DNA from: Candidatus Spongiisociaceae bacterium
GTDB lineage: Bacteria > Actinomycetota > Acidimicrobiia > Spongiisociales > Spongiisociaceae
DNA: 64,000 nt
Assembly (NCBI GenBank): GCA_965262915.1
Contig: OZ253564.1
Coordinates: 992,001-1,056,000, forward strand
Direction: 5' to 3'
Part shown: positions 59,306 through 64,000 of the stretch, piece after piece
Numbering within the stretch: position 1 is the first letter of the stretch
How the letters are laid out: every line of letters begins with the position of its first letter
The notes under the pieces: model-generated
What the model was told of the DNA's origin: nothing
Database searches by the model: none
What the model saw: only the letters and a program-made list of their open reading frames with translations
Position numbers and translations under genes: made by a program

Positions 59306-60445
59306 GTGAGAATCGAGTCCGTAGAACCGCTCCTCTTCTATCAGTGGTTGGTAGTTCGTATCGAGACCGACAGTGGAATCGTCGGCTACGGGCCGGCTGC
59401 TCACTGGGGTTTTCCGGAGTCGGTGGAGCGGATCGTCCGCTCTTTCCGGGACAAGCTCGTCGGGAGCGATCCACTGCGAATAGAGCAGCATTGGGATAGG
59501 CATTTCCACTGGAAGCCGTTCCGGGACGGTGTGCTGACCGCGGCGATCGCAGCCGTCGACATTGCACTGTGGGACATCGCCGGTCGCCACTTCGGGGTAC
59601 CGGCCTACCAGCTGCTGGGCGGGAAGCAGCGTGACAAGGCCCGGCTCCACCTGCTGCTGTTCGACGGGCCCAACTCCACCGTCGAGGAGTTGGTGGAGGC
59701 GGCCCGCGACGCAATGTCGCAGGGCTATACGGCGGTCAAGATCGACGCCCTACCCGACGACATCGTCGAGGAACAGGAAACCTACAGCGGGATGCTCCAA
59801 GTGGTGGTGGACAGGGTTGCCGCTGTCCGCGAGACGATCGGCTGGGATCGCGACCTGATCCTCGAGATACACCGGGACCTCAACCCCGGAGAAGTAGTAA
59901 CGCTGACGAGGGAACTCGAGCCTTTCCGGCTCTATTACATCGAGGATCCGATCCCACCCCACAGCGTTGACTCTCATGGAGATGTCATCAAGAAGATGAC
60001 GGTTCCGGTAGGCGCCGGCGAGCGGTCGAACACGATCTGGGAGTTCCGGGAACTGTTGACCCGTGGGGTACAGGTTCTCCGGCCCGACATCGGGCTGGCC
60101 GGTGGCCTGACCCACTGCCGCAAGATCGCCGCGCTGGCGGAGTCCTTCCACGCCGACATCATTGCCCACAACGCCTTCTCCCCCCTCCTCACCGCGGCCA
60201 CCCTGCAGCTGTACGCGTCGATTCCCAATTGCGGCACCCTCGAGCTACTCCCGTGGGAAGAGGAGCCGCCTCGCACCGAGATGCTCAAGACGCCCCTGGT
60301 TCGTGAGGGCGGCTACATGGTGGTTCCGGAGGGCCCCGGACTCGGGGTCGACCTGGATCCCGCTATCACCGAACTGCCGTATGCCCGCTGGAAGTATCCC
60401 GCCGATGTACGGATTCGCAACGACGGCTCGGTGTTCCGCAAGTAA
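59306..60445 (+). CDS. Mandelate racemase/enolase-superfamily dehydratase (galactonate dehydratase-like)
   Basis: AVDIALWDIAG, TAVKID, LEIH, IEDP, GAGER, RPD, IIAHN, P.GPGLG. Confidence 0.88.
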   Translation: MRIESVEPLLFYQWLVVRIETDSGIVGYGPAAHWGFPESVERIVRSFRDKLVGSDPLRIEQHWDRHFHWKPFRDGVLTAAIAAVDIALWDIAGRHFGVPAYQLLGGKQRDKARLHLLLFDGPNSTVEELVEAARDAMSQGYTAVKIDALPDDIVEEQETYSGMLQVVVDRVAAVRETIGWDRDLILEIHRDLNPGEVVTLTRELEPFRLYYIEDPIPPHSVDSHGDVIKKMTVPVGAGERSNTIWEFRELLTRGVQVLRPDIGLAGGLTHCRKIAALAESFHADIIAHNAFSPLLTAATLQLYASIPNCGTLELLPWEEEPPRTEMLKTPLVREGGYMVVPEGPGLGVDLDPAITELPYARWKYPADVRIRNDGSVFRK

Positions 60446-60477
60446 CCCACCCGCAGGATCGGACCGGGCCTGAACGC

Positions 60478-61362
60478 TCAGATGCGGTAGTAGTGCTCGG
60501 CGTTCCGGGAGAAGAGCTTGGCCTGCTCGTCGGGGGAGAAGCCGGCGATCACCTGGCGGAAGGCCCCCAGCAAGGTGTCGAAGTCGCTGTAGAGGCGGTC
60601 GACCGGCCAGTTGGTGCCGAACATGCAGCGATCCACCCCGAATATCTCGATGGTCTCGAGGATCCATGGGCGGATGCTGTCGACCGTCCAGTTCCGGTCG
60701 CGCATGCCGAGCCCGGAGATCTTCACGACCATGTTGGGAGCCCGGGCGAAGGTCTTCATCCCGGACTGCCAGTGCCGGAAGCACTCGACGGTTCTTTCGT
60801 AGGGAAGCCCGGTATGGGTGAGGATGATCCAGATGTCCGGGAACGAACGGGCCAACCGCAACCCGGCATCAGCCCGCTCCGATTCACCGGTGAGGTCGAA
60901 CGAGAGCCCGCGCTTGGCCAGTTCGGCGACCCCACGCCGGAAGTCCGGTTCGTCGAGCAGATGGTCGTGGGCCATCATCCTGATGCCCCGCATGTTGGGG
61001 CTCTCGCAATGGCGGTCGAGTTCCTCCCCGGCGTCCGGGCTCCGGAAATCCGTATGGGCCACGATCCCGTGCGGGTAGCCATGGGAATCGGCGATCGCCT
61101 GCAGCCACCTGGTCTCCACCGTTGGGTCGGGTCCGCTGAAGTCGGCCTGCACGTGAACGGACTTTACGACGTTCTGGGGTCCGTAGTCGGCGAGCAGATC
61201 CTCGATGAGGTAGTTGCTCCTGATCGATGCGTAGTCGCCCAGGTAATCCATTTCGCCGGGGGCACCGTCGCCGACCAGCCACTCGTACGGAAGGGAGTCG
61301 AGGTCCCACAGGTGGTGGTGCGTATCCACGAATGCCGGGATCGGTTGTTCCATGCCAGACAC
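60478..61362 (-). CDS. Amidohydrolase_2 family protein (sugar lactonase-like)
   Basis: VDTHHHLW, SVHVQA, GLSFDL, ILTHTGLP, VKISGL, MFGTNWPV. Confidence 0.88.
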   Translation of the reverse strand: MSGMEQPIPAFVDTHHHLWDLDSLPYEWLVGDGAPGEMDYLGDYASIRSNYLIEDLLADYGPQNVVKSVHVQADFSGPDPTVETRWLQAIADSHGYPHGIVAHTDFRSPDAGEELDRHCESPNMRGIRMMAHDHLLDEPDFRRGVAELAKRGLSFDLTGESERADAGLRLARSFPDIWIILTHTGLPYERTVECFRHWQSGMKTFARAPNMVVKISGLGMRDRNWTVDSIRPWILETIEIFGVDRCMFGTNWPVDRLYSDFDTLLGAFRQVIAGFSPDEQAKLFSRNAEHYYRI

Positions 61363-61477
61363 CTCTACCGGGGAGCGACAGTGACTCGGGTGGCGTTGAT
61401 CCGGTCACGCCGACCGGCCCGGGTCACGCAGAAAACAATAACATCCCCTATGTTCCCAGGTCAGGAGCTCATTCGGA

Positions 61478-61714
61478 AAGAGACTCCCGGTGGCGTTCAC
61501 CTGCGAGAACAACCTGTATGGGGAATACGGCAGGATCGATCGCACCACCTCCGTGGCCCACGTGGAGGTCAGGGCCTACTCGTACTGCATGCCCCAGCCA
61601 TCGTCGACGGCCAGGATGTCGACGCGGTAGAGGAAGCCGTCCGGACCGCTCGGGAGCCCCAGGCCCGGTCGCGGAGCCAGCCTGCTGCAGTGCAGGACCT
61701 ACCGCTACGCAGGT
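61478..61714 (+). pseudogene. Degraded internal fragment of an E1-alpha paralogue
   Basis: Across frames: RLPVAFTCENNLYG / EY..RAYSYCMP / IVDGQDVDAV / LLQCRTYRYAG, collinear with 27267-28259. Confidence 0.7.
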
Positions 61715-61735
61715 GGATAGTGGGGCCGGATCCCG

Positions 61736-62632
61736 CTAGCCCGGGTCGCTACCCAGCTCGTGGTCGGCCAGCAGCTCGTAGGCCCGGATCAGTGCGGAGT
61801 GGTCCCACCCGGCGCCACCTCGCGCTGCGCACGCGTTCATAAGATCACGGCAGATGGAACTCATGGGTATGGCCACGCCCAGCTTGGCCGCCTCGGCGGA
61901 TGCCAGACCCAGATCCTTCAGATGCAGTTCCATGCGTCCCCCCGGCTCGAAGTCCCGGTCGATCATCCGCTGACCGTGCACTTCCAGGATGCGGGAGGAC
62001 GCGAAGCCTCCAAGCAATGCCATTCTCGCCCGTGCCGGGTCGACGCCCGCCTTGGATGCCAGGACCAGCGCCTCCGCCACCGCGGCGATGTTGATGCCCA
62101 CGATCATCTGGTTGGCGACCTTGCAGGTCTGGCCGGCACCGCTGCTCCCCACCAATGTGATCGTGTCGCCCATCAGCTCGAGTAGCGGCCTCACCCTCTC
62201 GAAAGCCTCCTCGGCGCCACCCACCATGATGGTCAAGGTCCCCGCCTTCGCACCCACCTCTCCACCGGATACGGGTGCGTCCAGGTAGTCGCAGCCCAGC
62301 CCGCGGATCCGGTCGGAGAACACCCTCGTGGCAGTCGGAGAGATGGAGCTCATGTCCACGACTGTCTTTCCCGGCTTCAACCCTTCTGCCACCCCGCGGT
62401 CCCCGAAGAGAACCTCGTCGACCGCCGCGGTGTCGGGGACCATCGTGAACACCACTTCGGAGGCCTCCGCCACGGCCATGGGCGACTCCATCACTACCGC
62501 GCCCGCAGCTAGCAGGTCCTGTGGAGGAGCGGAACGGTGCTTGACGATGAACAGCCGATGCCCGGCCGCCTGCAGATGTCTCGCCATCGGCCGTCCCATG
62601 ACCCCCGTCCCGACAAAACCAACCGCCTTCAT
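61736..62632 (-). CDS. glxR: 2-hydroxy-3-oxopropionate (tartronate semialdehyde) reductase
   Basis: VGFVGTGVMGRPMA, TMVPDT, DMSSISP, LDAPVSGGEVGAK, GQTCKVANQ, LLGGFASSRILEVHG. Confidence 0.8.
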   Translation of the reverse strand: MKAVGFVGTGVMGRPMARHLQAAGHRLFIVKHRSAPPQDLLAAGAVVMESPMAVAEASEVVFTMVPDTAAVDEVLFGDRGVAEGLKPGKTVVDMSSISPTATRVFSDRIRGLGCDYLDAPVSGGEVGAKAGTLTIMVGGAEEAFERVRPLLELMGDTITLVGSSGAGQTCKVANQMIVGINIAAVAEALVLASKAGVDPARARMALLGGFASSRILEVHGQRMIDRDFEPGGRMELHLKDLGLASAEAAKLGVAIPMSSICRDLMNACAARGGAGWDHSALIRAYELLADHELGSDPG

Positions 62633-62740
62633 GAAGTGGGCTCCTAACGTTTGTCGAGACCGCGTTTCCGCGGTTTACGGGGACCGTGGATTTTCACGGT
62701 GTGCGAGGCATGATATGAAGCCCGCTCCGGGGCGCCGAGG

Positions 62741-63268
62741 CTAGCCGGCCGGCCCCGCTCGATTCATCGCGTAAGCGTGGCCGAGGGGGCTGTCGCTCTC
62801 ATAGACGCGGCCGCGCTCGGCAAACTGCACGAGTTCGATCGTGATGCCGTCCGGGTCGCGCAGGTACCAGAGAAGGCTGCCCTTGTACGGGCCCCAGACG
62901 CTCTCCGCGGGATCAGGGCTGCGAAACTCCGCGTGTTCCCGCATTCGCTCGTAGTCCGCACGGATGTCCATCGTCTCGAAACAGAAATGGGCGTTTCCAG
63001 CGTTGTAGGTCTCCATGTCGACACGACCGGGGGGTGGGTTGTGGTACTCGATCAACTCGAGGACCGTTCCGCCCGGTAGCGCCCAGACCGCAGCCGACAT
63101 GTCACAATTCGGGTAGCCGACCTTGGTCCCCACATAGTCGCCTATCTCGGCGGCCAGCCATGTTCCGCGGTCGAACGGTTCCGAGTCGAGGAGTCGACTC
63201 CACCATGCGATCGATCTGTCCAGGTCCGTTACTGCGACTCCTACGTGGTCGACGCATTTGAAGATCAC
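62741..63268 (-). CDS. VOC/glyoxalase family protein
   Basis: DHVGVAVTDLDRSI, LELIEY, HFCF, LRDPDGITIELVQ. Confidence 0.88.
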   Translation of the reverse strand: MIFKCVDHVGVAVTDLDRSIAWWSRLLDSEPFDRGTWLAAEIGDYVGTKVGYPNCDMSAAVWALPGGTVLELIEYHNPPPGRVDMETYNAGNAHFCFETMDIRADYERMREHAEFRSPDPAESVWGPYKGSLLWYLRDPDGITIELVQFAERGRVYESDSPLGHAYAMNRAGPAG

Positions 63269-63295
63269 ATCATGCTCCTTTCTCAGTTCCTGAGA

Positions 63296-63508
63296 ACCAC
63301 TCTTGATGCTGCCGTCATGGGGGGCAAGGCATGCGTTCGAGGACTGCGCGTGACCGTTGGAACAGTGGTGGGTCTCCTAGCTGCTGGTCGGTCATCGGAG
63401 AAGATTCTGAGCGCGTACCCCTACCTCGAGCCAGAGGATATCGAGGAGTCCCTGGCCTACGCCGCATAGAGGTTGGAGGAACGGGAGATTCCACTTCCCA
63501 TCTCATGA
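63296..63508 (+). pseudogene. DUF433 antitoxin remnant
   Basis: VMGGKACVRGLRVTV...ILSAYPYLEPEDI..LAYAA*RLEEREIPL; no start codon, internal TAG. Confidence 0.75.
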
Positions 63509-63704
63509 CGGTGAAGTTCCTGGTCCACCGAAGTCACGAGTCCACCAAGTGGCGCAACGTGGCCCGGCCAGATGGAAGGTGACTCCTGCCAGAAGCGGGG
63601 CCGGCGCAACGTGTCGCTCAAGAGATCGACACTACGGGTGGGGCCCCAGGATGCCGGGTCGGTACCATTTACGCGGACCGAGGAATGCGATCGAAGGAAG
63701 CCAG

Positions 63705-64000
63705 ATGGCACTGTCCAGTATCAGCGAGTTGGTGAGCCTCAAGGGGAAGTGTGCCATCGTCACGGGGGCGGCCCAAGGTTTCGGTGCTGCCATATCACGC
63801 CGCCTCGGTGAAGCGGGCGCGACGGTCTTCGTCTCCGACCGCAACGTTGAGGGCGCCGAGCAATCCGCCGAGCGGTTGAGGAACCTCGGGTACAACGCGA
63901 TCGCGCACAGCGTCGATATCGCTGATCGGGACACGGTTGAGGCCCTGGTCGATGCTGCGACGGAGGGGACCGGCAGGGTGGACATCCTGGTGAACAACGC
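63705..64000 (+). CDS. SDR oxidoreductase, 3'-truncated by the window edge
   Basis: MALSSISELVSLKGKCAIVTGAAQGFG...GRVDILVNNA. Confidence 0.88.
   Translation, partial: MALSSISELVSLKGKCAIVTGAAQGFGAAISRRLGEAGATVFVSDRNVEGAEQSAERLRNLGYNAIAHSVDIADRDTVEALVDAATEGTGRVDILVNN

Overview
High-GC window that looks actinobacterial (Thr-rich lipoprotein linkers, actinobacterial-type IS110/IS1380 elements); an Acidimicrobiia-like, possibly host-associated origin is inference only. Catabolic blocks: TenA/amidohydrolase/DUF1989, a corrinoid methyl-transfer operon, two SLC13 permeases, 2-oxoacid dehydrogenase E1 beta/alpha plus a free lipoyl domain, a C45 peptidase with an Fe-siderophore ABC system, VIT1/COG4280, a class III aminotransferase, and a sugar ABC/SDR/dehydratase cluster. 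Accessory content: a type II Wadjet operon in permuted order (jetC-jetA-jetB-jetD) with jetC split by an intact IS1380 at a duplicated CTAG, about six complete or partial TA modules, a decayed IS5, a truncated IS110 abutting a MITE, and two MITE families at CTAG/TTAG sites. Two unrelated ATPase/winged-helix genes are each preceded by a short tandem repeat array ending at a -10-like hexamer. The window shows heavy gene erosion (frameshifts, nonsense codons, deletion-fusions), some of which may be sequencing error. No rRNA, tRNA or CRISPR array was seen. All family calls come from motif recognition by eye; no searches were run.
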